Assembly (NCBI GenBank): GCA_009859145.1
Contig: VRVR01000021.1
Coordinates: 20,001-268,000, forward strand
Source: Andalucia godoyi And28
Taxonomy: Eukaryota > Protista > Jakobida
DNA: 248,000 nucleotides
Reading direction: 5' to 3'
Part shown: positions 188,325 through 199,974 of the stretch, one piece after another
Layout of the letters: each line of letters starts with the position of its first letter
Position numbering within the stretch: position 1 is the first letter of the stretch
Program-made: the position numbers and the translations under genes
Notes under the pieces: model-generated
What the model saw: the letters and a program-made list of their open reading frames with translations, nothing else
What the model was told of the DNA's origin: nothing
The model's database searches: none

Positions 188325-190010
188325 ATGTCGAGTATCAAGAGGTTTCATGAGAGGATTCAGGAGGAGAGCGATTGTCATGCGCTGCACGGCGATCGGGCAG
188401 ATATACGGTCTTTTCTGGTTCAGAGTGAGGAAGCCTTGAGCGTTGTGTCGCCGTCTGCGGAGCCCGAACAGGAAGAAGAAGAAGAAGTTGACGTGTGCCG
188501 ACTGCGAATGATGTGCTGTGCTTGGGTGAGGCTGACGGAATCCTCGGGGCAGCTGCATGCATCAGTAGAAGACTGTTCCAGCGCACTGCAGAGATGGGAG
188601 GCACAGCTATTTTCGGTGCATCTGGCTCGGAACGGCGGACATCGATGGATCTGTCTTCAAGCAAAACACAGCTCGCCGGCTTATGTAGCAGCCGGGCCAT
188701 CAGAAAGAAAGAGGAGACGTCTTCCACACATGACGGACTTTGCACTCTTGCTGAAGAATGTACTGGCTTGCGTGCTCGTTCCTCCGTTCCCGTATATTGC
188801 ACCGGTTTCAAAAAAGGACCAAGCAGACGTTTTTGCTGTGCTCACCCAAGGACCGTGTGCGACTGAAGTTGTGATTCCGGCACACTGGGCAGCGAACCAT
188901 CGGCATTCAGTCACTCGACTTCGAAGTCAAATACCAAGTAAGCCAGCTCTGGATTCCGACGCCGACTTCACCGCAAACCGCACCGACAGTTCCACAAAAC
189001 GAGACGAGTCTTCAGCAGAAGTTTCTGTTCGACAATCACAGTCCGTGCAGCAGCATCGACTGGTCGAGAATCTTGTGTCCTGCATCTCGAGCGCTTCCAA
189101 AGAACAAAAGACCAAGCTACGAGAAGCGCTGCTTGACGGCGGCGATATACCGAGCGAGAAATTAGTCTCAGCAGGCGGACAATCCGTGCTGCAGCAGCAG
189201 CAGCAGCAGCAGCAGGACAATGCGGAAACGTCTGTTGCAGCGTCTTCCAACAGCCGAGAAGGCCCTGTCGCGAAGACCATGATTGCTGCTATGGAGAATC
189301 CGAGCAGCGGAAATATGTGTCCGTGCTTCCGAGTATGGCTGTCCTCCATTGATGCTGCGCATCTTCCACCTGTCCTGGCGGTTGTTGAAGACCCTTGTGC
189401 AAAGGAGTATGGATGGGTGGTTCGAAAGAACCTGCTTCCTCTCTCACTGCATCCACTCTCCTATCCGCACATTGTTGCCCGACTGTGCGAAGCATTCAGT
189501 TCTTCTTTTTTACCGTTTTCCAGCGAATGCAGTTCCACTCAACCGCACACCCAGCAGCAGAAGCAGCAGCAACAACAACAGCAGCACCCACGCAGAGTCG
189601 AAGAACCACTTTGCGAGTTTGAGCAAGAAATCATGAAAGACTTGGAAGAGAGCTTTATGCAATCGACATGGACGGCACCGTCCGTTGCAAATGCATACGG
189701 AAAGTTGGTTATGAAGCGTGTCGAAGAAATACGCAAATCCGATCTGCTTGCACTGTCGATCTCCATGGACCCTACCGTGCTGAACGGAGCAGGCATGCTG
189801 AAGCCGTCCAGGGCTCTCCAGATCCGAGATGCATGGGAATGGGTCAATCACAAAGCACAGCTGGATCAGGCTTTCAGACCTTTACGGAACGCAATGTTGG
189901 AAGCAGAAAGACGTCCCGAAGAAACCGACGCAGCCAGCACGCATCAGTCAACACACCAGAAGAACCTTACTGTGCAGACTGCCTCTCGCCAAAACACGAA
190001 TCATTATTGA
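188325..190010 (+). CDS. Hypothetical protein (stop lies inside a family C element)
   Basis: 561 aa frame ending ASRQNTNHY*. Confidence 0.55.
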   Translation: MSSIKRFHERIQEESDCHALHGDRADIRSFLVQSEEALSVVSPSAEPEQEEEEEVDVCRLRMMCCAWVRLTESSGQLHASVEDCSSALQRWEAQLFSVHLARNGGHRWICLQAKHSSPAYVAAGPSERKRRRLPHMTDFALLLKNVLACVLVPPFPYIAPVSKKDQADVFAVLTQGPCATEVVIPAHWAANHRHSVTRLRSQIPSKPALDSDADFTANRTDSSTKRDESSAEVSVRQSQSVQQHRLVENLVSCISSASKEQKTKLREALLDGGDIPSEKLVSAGGQSVLQQQQQQQQDNAETSVAASSNSREGPVAKTMIAAMENPSSGNMCPCFRVWLSSIDAAHLPPVLAVVEDPCAKEYGWVVRKNLLPLSLHPLSYPHIVARLCEAFSSSFLPFSSECSSTQPHTQQQKQQQQQQQHPRRVEEPLCEFEQEIMKDLEESFMQSTWTAPSVANAYGKLVMKRVEEIRKSDLLALSISMDPTVLNGAGMLKPSRALQIRDAWEWVNHKAQLDQAFRPLRNAMLEAERRPEETDAASTHQSTHQKNLTVQTASRQNTNHY

Positions 190011-190315
190011 TCATCATCGGCTATGCTGTCACCGAAGACAGATCCAAAGCCGCATGTGTTTTGTTTTTTTGTTTTTTGGGGGCGAGTACCAACTCTTCAA
190101 TGCAGATTGCTTTGCATCAAAGGGGTCGTCGCAACCACGATTTTCTTGGTTCTCGGCATCGTCCGGCATGGCCGGTGCGAGTTTGTCGGGAAGATCCCTC
190201 TATGGAGCCATGAGATGCTTTGTCTTTGTCTTTGATGAGGTGGTGCTGCTTGAGGGTTCGATTATAGAAAACCAACATGTTGTTTGTCTGATTGATGCAC
190301 AAAACGGTCAAACCG
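189982..190315 (+). mobile_element. MITE-like element family C copy 5
   Basis: CCTCTCGCCAAAACACGAATCATT ... CAAAACGGTCAAACCG. Confidence 0.75.
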
Positions 190316-190566
190316 TCGACGATCCGCCATCAGAGCTGTTGTAATAAATTAAGAAGAAGGCTCGAGACTTGAGACTTGAGGCACCTTTTCAAGTGCTCTG
190401 CCTGAAAAAAACTGTTGTAGCAAAAAAAAGGCATTCAAGAACAAGAGGGATTTTCTTCCTATTCCGCAGAACAATGCAGTACAGAATTGCGTACTGCTGA
190501 TTTGGTGAGTTACGGTGCTACTATGAGAATGCGCCCCTTCTTTGCGGTTCGGCGGGTATTGCAGAA

Positions 190567-191925
190567 ATGGGCATGTTCGAGGATGTGCGAGGTATTGCAC
190601 TCGGTGCGTCGAACGCAAACGACATGTTTGAGCGCTACCGAGTTCTCTCTGCATCGACGTTCCAGCCAGATCCTCTACGGTCGGTCGAAACGCAGCACAC
190701 TCGGTGTGTGTCGTGGATGGACCTCGACCGCGTGGAACAGCGGTACATGCTCGTGAGCAGTCTCGATAGGCACGTTCAGATATACGACACGTACTTTACA
190801 ACCGAAGATCTGCAGAATAATCTGGTGTTTGCTTCTTCTGAGCAGCGAAAATCACATGTTCCGATTGCAGTTGCTTTTCCAAACAGCTTTTCATCCGGCA
190901 TCTCGAGTTGTGCATGGCTCCCGTTTGACACTGGCATATTTTTGACTTCCTTGTTTGACGGAAACGTGTTAGTGTTCGATACAAATCGCTTGGAGTGCGT
191001 GATGAAGTTCAGTCTGAACAACAACAGCAGCAACAGCAAAAACAGCGGCGCGTCATCGTCGAAACGGACGCATGCGTATCACGTCTCTTTGAGCCACCAC
191101 TCCGCTGCGAGACCGTTAGCGGCAATTTCTGTTGCAGGAACGGAGCCGTCTGTGCGAATCTGCGATTTGAATTCTGGCGCAGTGACTCATACTTTAACGG
191201 GGCATACGGATGATGTATACATCACACAGTGGCATCCTGGCCGGGAATACGTGCTCGTTTCCTCGGGTCAAGACGGGACGGTTCGGTGGTGGGACATTCG
191301 AAGAGCAGGGTACATCCATGCGTTTGATGCAGAAGACACCGTGGCCACAGGTGAACTTGTGTCGTCTGCTGCGCCGCCGACAAAGCGCCCCCGGCTGATC
191401 AACTACCGAGCCCCAAGGGCCCATGAAGGTCGTGTGAATGCGTTGAAGTTCACACCCGACGGACGATATCTCCTGACGTCCGGGTCCGACAAGCATGTGC
191501 GGCTATGGTCCACTTCAAACTTTAAAAACCAGCTCGTTTCCTATCCTGGAATTCAGAACGACACAAAGCAGGTCGTCGAAATCGCGATGAATCCAGAAGG
191601 AACCGTCTTCTTCCATCCCAACTCCGATAGGAGAAAGAGAATTGTTGCATACGGGGTGCGCTCGGGTACACGAGTGTACACACAGGGACTCGTGGGGCAC
191701 TATGGGACACCAACGTGCTGCGTGTACCATCCATTGTTCGACTCGCTATGGTCTGCATCGACGTCCGATGAGATCTTGGTGTGGAACTCTCCGTTTTTCA
191801 AGACCGGGTCCGTCTGTGATGCGCCCGTGCCGCCTGCTCCATCTGCTTCTTCTTCTTTTGTGGGCCCTTCAGTTGTTCCAGCGGTTGCTGCAGAGCAAGA
191901 TGCATGGTCCGATGACGAGACGTGA
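190567..191925 (+). CDS. ERCC8: ERCC8/CSA WD40 protein
   Basis: WLPFDTGIF, CDLNSGAVTHTLTGH, WDIRRA, AHEGRVN. Confidence 0.85.
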   Translation: MGMFEDVRGIALGASNANDMFERYRVLSASTFQPDPLRSVETQHTRCVSWMDLDRVEQRYMLVSSLDRHVQIYDTYFTTEDLQNNLVFASSEQRKSHVPIAVAFPNSFSSGISSCAWLPFDTGIFLTSLFDGNVLVFDTNRLECVMKFSLNNNSSNSKNSGASSSKRTHAYHVSLSHHSAARPLAAISVAGTEPSVRICDLNSGAVTHTLTGHTDDVYITQWHPGREYVLVSSGQDGTVRWWDIRRAGYIHAFDAEDTVATGELVSSAAPPTKRPRLINYRAPRAHEGRVNALKFTPDGRYLLTSGSDKHVRLWSTSNFKNQLVSYPGIQNDTKQVVEIAMNPEGTVFFHPNSDRRKRIVAYGVRSGTRVYTQGLVGHYGTPTCCVYHPLFDSLWSASTSDEILVWNSPFFKTGSVCDAPVPPAPSASSSFVGPSVVPAVAAEQDAWSDDET

Positions 191926-192105
191926 AGCGGTGATATCGTGCACTGAACCCTCCCCCCCCAAAAAAAAAAGACAGTCTCCTTTCCGTGCGTACTGTTATCA
192001 TTGCTGGATCTGATTTCCACACCACTCCCCCCAGAGACCAACGATGCTGGCACTCTGCGTGAGCGTCGGGTCCTGCGTCCCGTGCATGGGGAAAATGGTG
192101 GCTCG

Positions 192106-193410
192106 TTAATTTTGGAGATTTCCCGCATTCGCATCTCTTCGGATTCGCTTTGCACGTTGCAACGCCAGCTTGAGGCCGGCTTCATGATTTTTCATATAGT
192201 CAACAATACCTCCAAACGTGATTCTGGTGTGCGGATGGTCGATTTCGCAGCATTGTTGAATAAGATTCCAAAGATCCGGATGCAAGATGTTTTCGTTCTC
192301 ATGCAACCGCATTGGAAGAAAGTCATTTTTGAGAACAGGGTCTTTGAGCATTCTCAACACGTTCGCTGGATTGACGCAATGATTGCGCTCATTGCAGTTT
192401 GTGGAGAATTTCGTAAAGCAGTTTCGGATTTGGGCGAGCATGGAGCCAAATGCAAACACATCCGCCGCATACAGATTGACATACTGTAATTCGTCTCCGA
192501 GGTAGACCACGAGCGGATCAAGTGCACGAAGGTGTCCTGCGACTGGAATTCCGAGGCATTTTTCACCTTCCCACAAACTCTTCTCTTGCGGCAGCTTGTA
192601 CTGGTTTCTACAGATGATCCAGTCTGCGCACTGCGCATTTTTGTCAAGAAAGTCTCGCACATGCACAGCATGCGAGGTAAACTGTGAATTCCCAAAATCG
192701 ATGAGCTTGACGATCATCTCTCGGTTGATCGTGTACTCCACGATGATGTTGCAGAGATCGAGATCACGATGCACAATACCGGCCTTGTGCAGCCTATCCA
192801 TCTGAATTGCAACCTCGAGCAGCACGTCATACATAGCGGTATGCGAAAACATGTTGGATGCACGTCCGTCGACCCTGTTGATGGGATTCAGAACGCAGTC
192901 AAGCGACAAGCCATCCTTTCGATCCACATCGCATTGCATTGCAACTCCATACGTATTGGAGCTCGAGGTGTCCGACTGTTCAGAAAATACAGCCACAATC
193001 TTGTCGATCGGTATCTCCGGAATGTATGTTTCGATGTACTTTCGAATAACGACCTCGGTCAGAAATGAACGGAACGACGATTTTGACGCTCGGCTCTTCA
193101 GCCGTTTGGACTCCTTCACAATGTGAAACACATCGTCTGGAGATTTCATCAGCGAGACGCGTCCATAGGAACCAACCCCAAGTTCCTTGACATGCAGAAA
193201 ATTAGGTTTAATCGACGACACTACCGGAAGAGAAAGCTGAACCAACGTGCGAATGAACCCATCGGCATCGTCGTCACTCTCGCCCGCCAGAGCATCTTCC
193301 TTCAAGCCCAGATACTCTGGAATGACAGCATTCGAATCAGGAGCCATATGCATACCTGGATAAAGACGCAGCAAGAGTGAAAAACACCGCGTCGCAAAAG
193401 CGTCAGACAT
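192106..193410 (-). CDS. Divergent Ser/Thr protein kinase
   Basis: LGVGSYG, HRDLDLCN, KLIDFG. Confidence 0.8.
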   Translation of the reverse strand: MSDAFATRCFSLLLRLYPGMHMAPDSNAVIPEYLGLKEDALAGESDDDADGFIRTLVQLSLPVVSSIKPNFLHVKELGVGSYGRVSLMKSPDDVFHIVKESKRLKSRASKSSFRSFLTEVVIRKYIETYIPEIPIDKIVAVFSEQSDTSSSNTYGVAMQCDVDRKDGLSLDCVLNPINRVDGRASNMFSHTAMYDVLLEVAIQMDRLHKAGIVHRDLDLCNIIVEYTINREMIVKLIDFGNSQFTSHAVHVRDFLDKNAQCADWIICRNQYKLPQEKSLWEGEKCLGIPVAGHLRALDPLVVYLGDELQYVNLYAADVFAFGSMLAQIRNCFTKFSTNCNERNHCVNPANVLRMLKDPVLKNDFLPMRLHENENILHPDLWNLIQQCCEIDHPHTRITFGGIVDYMKNHEAGLKLALQRAKRIRRDANAGNLQN

Positions 193411-194267
193411 TGTTTTGGAAGACGTACACGTTGTAGACCGCAGAGAAAAAGCATAAATATATGTGTTGAGCATCGATAAGCTAGAGTATACATACAGAGA
193501 AAATGATGGTGATAAATGCTTCGTGTCCAATTTCGCAAACACGGTTCCACTATGTGTTAAAAAAAAGAAAAAGAAGGGGGATTCGAAAGAGGATGACCGG
193601 GTGAGTATTGTCTAATCCACACACGCACACTCGTCTTCGGTAGTTCGGTTTAAAAGGACGGAAACACAGGAAGAGAAGGGACATACCGTCTACTGGTGTA
193701 GAGAGTCGAGAGAAACCACAATGCTCGGTCAGTGACCGACGAGGAACGACTGCTGGAGGATAGTATGCCGGGAGCTTCACTTCTTTTCTCTCGACATTAG
193801 CTGGCCGTTTTACTCGTACTTCCTCCATCATTCTGTTGATTTTTTCTTCTTCTTCACACACTTCTTATGCTCAATGACATGAACGCGAGCAGGCATTTCA
193901 AGACAAGAGCGGAGGGGGAAAAAAATCAAGACAAACGAACAGAAGACAAAACACGAGAAAGATGGAGGAGGCCGTTCGCGCCAAAAATGAGAGTGGCCAC
194001 TACGACTGCCTCGCTGTCTGTGGCTGCAGCAAAAGAGAGGTCAATTTGCTTCACATTTGGTGTCATTGCATCCTCGAACGTACAGCCTCCATGGATCGAC
194101 CGACGAGAAACAAGCAAGTAAAATAGACATAAACCAGTGCTTGTTTCTGTCGTCTTTATTTTCTTCTGTTTCTTCTTCTCTGTCGTTTCACTGCCAAGAA
194201 AAGGAGGGTAGGAAAAAAACAAAAACAAAAAAAGAAAGAGCAACACAAGCACACCAGCATAGTACGT

Positions 194268-195146
194268 ATGGCAACAGCATCGCAGAGACTTCACGAGGCG
194301 TTCGATGAAGCGCATCTTCCTCTAAAGGTAGCACACTCCACAGCGGAATTTTCTTCGCGTCGTGGTCAAATGAGCGCGACAAGCTCCTTCATGATGGATA
194401 TTCGAAAAGAAAAGTCAAAGGGAAAAAACGAGTTTGCACAAAAGTTCGTGATTCATCCAGGGGGCGCGTCGATCGACATTGTGGATACGGATGCTGCGTT
194501 GCGTCAGCTGATCCTCAAGGTGAACGAAGGGGAGGAAGGAGTGCCATCCTTCATCACGTTTGAAACTCGACAGTGGAATTCGACTACCAGGAAGTTCATG
194601 ACCCGAATGAACAAACAGGAAGTACAAGCATCGTCTCGCCGATTCTTGATTGGAATGGACGAACTGCATTGCTTCTTTGCGGAGCTTCCAAAGAATTCCC
194701 GCTGCGACACCATCAAGCATGCGCACGAAGCTCTCCGACCCAAGGAGCTCCGAAACACATCCGAGTACAAGCGTCAAGGAGAATGGTTCCTCGTTCCCGT
194801 GCACGATTCGCAGCTTCTTCAGAAACTGGAAACCATCGTCTCTTCGCACGCGAGGAGAGCTGAAGTCCTTTCCAGTTCCGTTAACACACGCGCACTCGAC
194901 GGAGCAAATACTTCTACAAGTGCGTACTATCGGAATACGGGGCTTCGGGGAGGCGCTGGGAAGTGGCCTGGGAAGGGCCGACCGCACGTTTGTTCCGAAG
195001 TTCTGCATTGGAATCAAATGGAGTTCTGCCGCGGATCCTTGCAGCACCCTGATCATCGCACCCGAAGCCTCAGCAACTGGCATCGAGTGTTTCGAAACAC
195101 CGAGGAGGCAACCGCAGATGTCAAGGGCCAGTCATGGGTTGACTAG
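194268..195146 (+). CDS. Intronless protein of a bacterial-like uncharacterised family
   Basis: FLIGMDE, RQGEWFLVP, GRPH, RGSLQHPDH, WHRVFRNTE. Confidence 0.7.
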   Translation: MATASQRLHEAFDEAHLPLKVAHSTAEFSSRRGQMSATSSFMMDIRKEKSKGKNEFAQKFVIHPGGASIDIVDTDAALRQLILKVNEGEEGVPSFITFETRQWNSTTRKFMTRMNKQEVQASSRRFLIGMDELHCFFAELPKNSRCDTIKHAHEALRPKELRNTSEYKRQGEWFLVPVHDSQLLQKLETIVSSHARRAEVLSSSVNTRALDGANTSTSAYYRNTGLRGGAGKWPGKGRPHVCSEVLHWNQMEFCRGSLQHPDHRTRSLSNWHRVFRNTEEATADVKGQSWVD

Positions 195147-195161
195147 TCAGCTCATCCCTCC

Positions 195162-195164
<3 letters not shown>

Positions 195165-195257
<93 letters not shown>
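195165..195257. repeat. (CT)n microsatellite
   Basis: Direct reading. Confidence 0.95.
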
Positions 195258-195259
<2 letters not shown>

Positions 195260-195855
195260 CTCGCTCGCTCGCAACAAAGCAGAATTGCGGACGGACGATA
195301 CCAAATCAAAGTGAATTAAGAGCAAAAAGAGAGAACCGAGAAATTGTGAGAAGTGAGGGAGATTTTCGTTTTTATTTAGTTCTAATCGGATGAGGGGAAA
195401 AACAGACGCTACGTTAGGGGGACTTTCAAGCATTTTGTCAAAGATGATGAAAACGAAATACAAAAACACAATAAGTTCTGTCCGCTTTCTTTGTCCAATT
195501 ACAACTGCTGTACACTTCTCGCAGCAACAAGCTTCTTGTAGCTGCACTTGATGCTAGATTCTCTCTACAGATTTTTCCGCCTCCCTTTTTGGGATTAACG
195601 CTCATTTGCCCATTTGTGGTATTCCGACTCGATGTTTGGTGTTTTTAAATTATTGTTATTATTATTTTCCGGGGGAAAAACAACATATTCATGAATTTAT
195701 GTTTTCTTTTTTTTTAAATTCACTTTAATTATCCATTAAAGGAGTAGACAGAAAAGGAGAAAAAAGGAGAGGAGGGAAAAAGAAAGGAAAGGAAAAACAG
195801 GTAGGAGTCGCGGAAGGAATTGAAAAGCGAAAAACAACAGGAGAATTTGGAGTGA

Positions 195856-196098
195856 ATGGCTGAGGCGCGCGAAGAGCAATTTGTAGATCCCGAGGATGTC
195901 CCTGCCGAGTTCGATCGGTCGAGTTTCATGTCGTATGTGCGTCTATCCAAGGAAAAAGGTGCGCTGATTGGCGTTGCGTTTCTGGTTATCACTACAGTTA
196001 TCATGGCAATCATTCTTTCCCAAACGTCACATGCATCGGGCTCTTCATCCTCAGATTCCAAAGTCAATGCCACTGCTGCTGCTCTACTAGACTTTTAA
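195856..196098 (+). CDS. Small single-TM protein
   Basis: 80 aa, one hydrophobic helix. Confidence 0.45.
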   Translation: MAEAREEQFVDPEDVPAEFDRSSFMSYVRLSKEKGALIGVAFLVITTVIMAIILSQTSHASGSSSSDSKVNATAAALLDF

Positions 196099-196243
196099 TC
196101 ATCAGCGTCATCAACATCTCCATGTCACTTCCTTTCCCCCCTTCCTCATTCAATCCCAGAGCGTTGCAATAAATGAACAACACAATGGACTTACAACGGC
196201 CAGCGACAATCCAAGGATTGAACACCGTGCTTGTTTTACTTCT

Positions 196244-197724
196244 TCATACAGTCACAAACGAACCTTGTTTAGATTGTTGTGTCTGCATCTGCGGCTGCTG
196301 TTGTTGGGCCATCATCATGGATCTGATTTTCTTGGCGAGAGCGCGCGCAAGGAACCTCTTGGTGGCATTGTCGCGGACGATTTTCAAGTGCTGTTCGACA
196401 GTGACGGCGCCTCGTTCGACGGCCTTGGACGCATAGTAGAGAAGATCATCATACGCAGCATCTTCTGCCAGGCAATCATAGTATTGCTGTGCCAAAAAAT
196501 CCGCCGGCACAAATATTTGGTCGGGATCGACGGCCTCTCCGCGCGCCTCAAGACGCTCAATGTCCTCGGCAAGAACCCCGGACTCGGCCTCGTACGACCG
196601 GATGCGCGCTTCGGCAGCCGAGATCTCCGAGGCCAAATCAACTTGCAGTGTCGAAGCCGTGCGCGACCGCTGTCCAAGCGCCGATTCCTGGTCCCACAAC
196701 GCACGCATCTCGGCACCCATCTGCGCTTGGAACTGTTGTAATACTACACGCACCTTCTGGTCTACAGACGCCGCGTACTGGGCATGCGCTGACTGCGCAG
196801 GGGGCTGTGCAGACACGACGGCAGCATGATTCACACTAGTGGAGGCAATAGCAGCAGCGGCGGCAGAGTTCCCCATGGTGTTGGCACGAGTGGCCGTTGG
196901 AGGATAGCCATACGACGTTGGTGGCTGCTGCTGTGGCTGTTGGATGGCGACGGTGGGTTTTGAATAGACGGGTGGTTCTTGGCTAAACGCACTGGCCATC
197001 ACTGTCAGCAGCTCAAACATTGTCGATGATCCACCTTTCCACTATTCCCATTGCAACGATCACATTAGTAATTGGATTTCATCACCACGAAACAATGAAC
197101 AGCGAGCAAGAACAGAAACGAAAAAGGAAAAGAAAAAAACACCAACAACAACCCAAAAAAAAAAAAAAAGGCAAAGAACACATGCGTTTTGAAGGTAGGG
197201 ATGGACAAAGGTCCCAGTGGCTTGAACATTCTTGTGGCCTTCCTTGATGATCATTTGTGGAGTGGGCACAACGACAGGTATTGGCGGTTGGATGGGATAT
197301 GCATGTGGTATGTGAATTGACACTGGAATATTATACTGCGCGCCTCGAAAGTCAATAGGAATAGTCCCCGTCAATGCGATCACATTCACATATCTTCCAT
197401 TTCCAACTTCTAATAACCGAACGTAAGAAAAAAACCACGACCATTGATCATTAGACATTTTCCATCACTCGACTAGAAAACAGAAAAAACAACAACTGAA
197501 AAATAAACAAAAAACAAAGACACAGAAGAAGAAGAAGAGAAGCACAAGAGGAAGGAGAGGGAATGGACGGAGGACATACGAAGAGAACCGAGTCTAGGAG
197601 TCAGCGAGTTGCACGATGAACACACTGCAACGACATCCTGACGAACAGCCGCATCATGGCGATAGTCTCTACACTGCATAATAAGCGACTGCACTTGCGC
197701 ATTCAGTGCATACGCTTGATTCAT
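196244..197724 (-). CDS. TSG101: TSG101/Vps23 ESCRT-I subunit, two introns
   Basis: LTGTIPIDFRGAQYNIPV..YPIQPP..HPYL UEV; AEDAAYDDLLY..QHLKIVR SB domain. Confidence 0.9.
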
Positions 197725-198076
197725 CTTCCCTTGAAAAAATTTCTCTTTTTAGACAATCTATAATATTTAAAAAACGCGACGTCACCAATAATAATAATAA
197801 TAATATAATAATAATAATAATAACTTTAATCATATGAGAGGGTGGAAAAAAAAAGGAAATGAGAAGAGCAACGAAAACAAGGGAAAGTGAGGCAAGCCGA
197901 GTTCCACAGAATGCAGATTCGGATGAATGTCGACAGATGGCGACGCTCGCAGAACTTTGCTCATTCCCAGCGGAGAATATCTTCCTCGCGGCAGCAGCAC
198001 TATGAGTCCTTTGTACAGGCATTTTTCATTGGAGTAGTTGTGAGGTATCTACGGATTTGAATGTCAGGGACGGCGA

Positions 198077-199570
198077 ATGAGGATGGGCATGAGGATGAGG
198101 ATGAGCAAGAGTGTGATGCGATTAATGTGTGTTGTGCTGGTTGCGAGTGGCGTGGCGAGTGGGCTGAGTCGGGAAGAGTGGCGCAATCGGACGGTATACC
198201 AGGCGCTGACGGATCGGTTTGCCCTGTCGCCGCCATCGCGCACATCAAGTCCTCCATGTAAGGATCTCCGAGGATATTGCGGCGGGACCTTTGCCGGTCT
198301 GACAGCAATGCTTCCGTACCTCGTCGAGCTGGGGTTTGATGCCGTGTGGATCTCGCCGGTTGCGCCGCAAGTGGACGATGGAAGTGCGGGCGGCTACCAT
198401 GGCTACTGGATGCAAACCGTCGATGCGCGGTCCGTCAACCCGCACTTTGGATCCGCGCAGGACTTGTTGACATTCGTCACCACCGCCCATCGTGCGGGAG
198501 TGGCCGTCATGGCGGACGTGGTTGCGAACCACATGGGCCCGGTTGGCACCGACTACGGCCGCCTGGACCCGTTCTCGTCCGCAGACTACTTCCACCCGTG
198601 GTGCGAGATCACCGACTGGGGCAACCAATCGCAGGTTGAAGTGTGTCGGCTTGCCTCATTGCCAGATCTCGATCAGAGCCACCCGTTTGTGCGATCGACA
198701 CTCATCGACTGGATCCAGCAGCTGGTCGTGACATTCGGGTTCGACGGCGTGCGCATCGACACGGTCCCCGAGGTGCATCCAGACTTTTGGTCGGCGTTTG
198801 CAGAGGCAGCTGGCGTGTTTACGATCGGCGAGGTGTTCAACGGCGATGTTGGATACTTGGCGCGGTATGCCCAGGAAGCCTCCGTCCTCGATGCGGTGCT
198901 CTCGTATCCAATGTTCTTCTCGCTTCGCAGCGTGTTTGCGCAGCAGCAGTCCATGCGACAGATTGAGACAACATGGTTCCGCTATCTGCAGGCCTTTCCA
199001 AAATCGCTTCCATTCCTCGGCACCTTCTACGACAACCACGACAATGCGCGTGCGCTCGGACTCAACCCGGACCGCACGCTCTACAAGAATGCGCTCGCCT
199101 ATGTCCTGTTCGCAGAGGGCCTGCCCATCGTGTACTACGGGTCCGAACAGGCGTTCAGCGGCGGAAATGATCCGCTCAACCGCGAGTCGCTCTGGCCGCA
199201 CTACGACCCAACTTCGGAAATGTACCTGTGGATCCAGACGTTGAATCGCATTCGCAAAAATCGACCAGAGGATATGTACGGTGCGCCACAGGTCCAGCGA
199301 TATGCAGACGACAGCTTCTATGCGTTCTCGCGCGGCATGACACTCGTCTTGATGACGAATGTGGGCGGCGGGCAGCAGGTGCAGCCTGTGAATCGTCGCA
199401 TCACATACCATCCGTTTCAGATCGGGTCGACAATCTGCGAGATTCTCCTGAGCGCGGCGATGAACCCCAAGTTGCCGGGGTCCTTGCAGCAGGATTGCAT
199501 CACGGTCACGTCCTCGGGGTTCGATGTTTCGCTTGTGAATGGGATGCCAAAGGTATATACTCTTGCATAG
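198077..199570 (+). CDS. Secreted alpha-amylase (GH13, Taka-amylase type)
   Basis: YQALTDRF, GFDAVWISP, YHGYW, DVVANH, GVRIDTV, DNHD. Confidence 0.93.
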   Translation: MRMGMRMRMSKSVMRLMCVVLVASGVASGLSREEWRNRTVYQALTDRFALSPPSRTSSPPCKDLRGYCGGTFAGLTAMLPYLVELGFDAVWISPVAPQVDDGSAGGYHGYWMQTVDARSVNPHFGSAQDLLTFVTTAHRAGVAVMADVVANHMGPVGTDYGRLDPFSSADYFHPWCEITDWGNQSQVEVCRLASLPDLDQSHPFVRSTLIDWIQQLVVTFGFDGVRIDTVPEVHPDFWSAFAEAAGVFTIGEVFNGDVGYLARYAQEASVLDAVLSYPMFFSLRSVFAQQQSMRQIETTWFRYLQAFPKSLPFLGTFYDNHDNARALGLNPDRTLYKNALAYVLFAEGLPIVYYGSEQAFSGGNDPLNRESLWPHYDPTSEMYLWIQTLNRIRKNRPEDMYGAPQVQRYADDSFYAFSRGMTLVLMTNVGGGQQVQPVNRRITYHPFQIGSTICEILLSAAMNPKLPGSLQQDCITVTSSGFDVSLVNGMPKVYTLA

Positions 199571-199620
199571 GATAGTCCTTGTTCTCTCTTCCTCTTCCGT
199601 CCCTCTTGGCTCCATCATCA

Positions 199621-199658
<38 letters not shown>

Positions 199659-199974
199659 TTGATAGTGTGGACTGTGTAACAAACGAATTCACGTTTTCCC
199701 GGTTGTGCCTGGCGTCCCTGCGTTTGGCGTCTGCCGCTCTGCAAAAACGGCCTTGCGTTCGCCGCACGATTCGCCATCCAGACTTTCTGATTACCCAACG
199801 ACTGTAAGAGATATGCAGAATACGCATCATCATCCGCGAAATCTCAGCAGGCATATTCAATCGTTTCTTCATGTATTTTTCAGTGGTTTTTGCAACTGTC
199901 TTCCCGTGAGAGTGAAAGAAAATTCTTGTCTTGGCTGTATTTTTTGGATTTGGATTTGGATTTGGATTTCGGAA

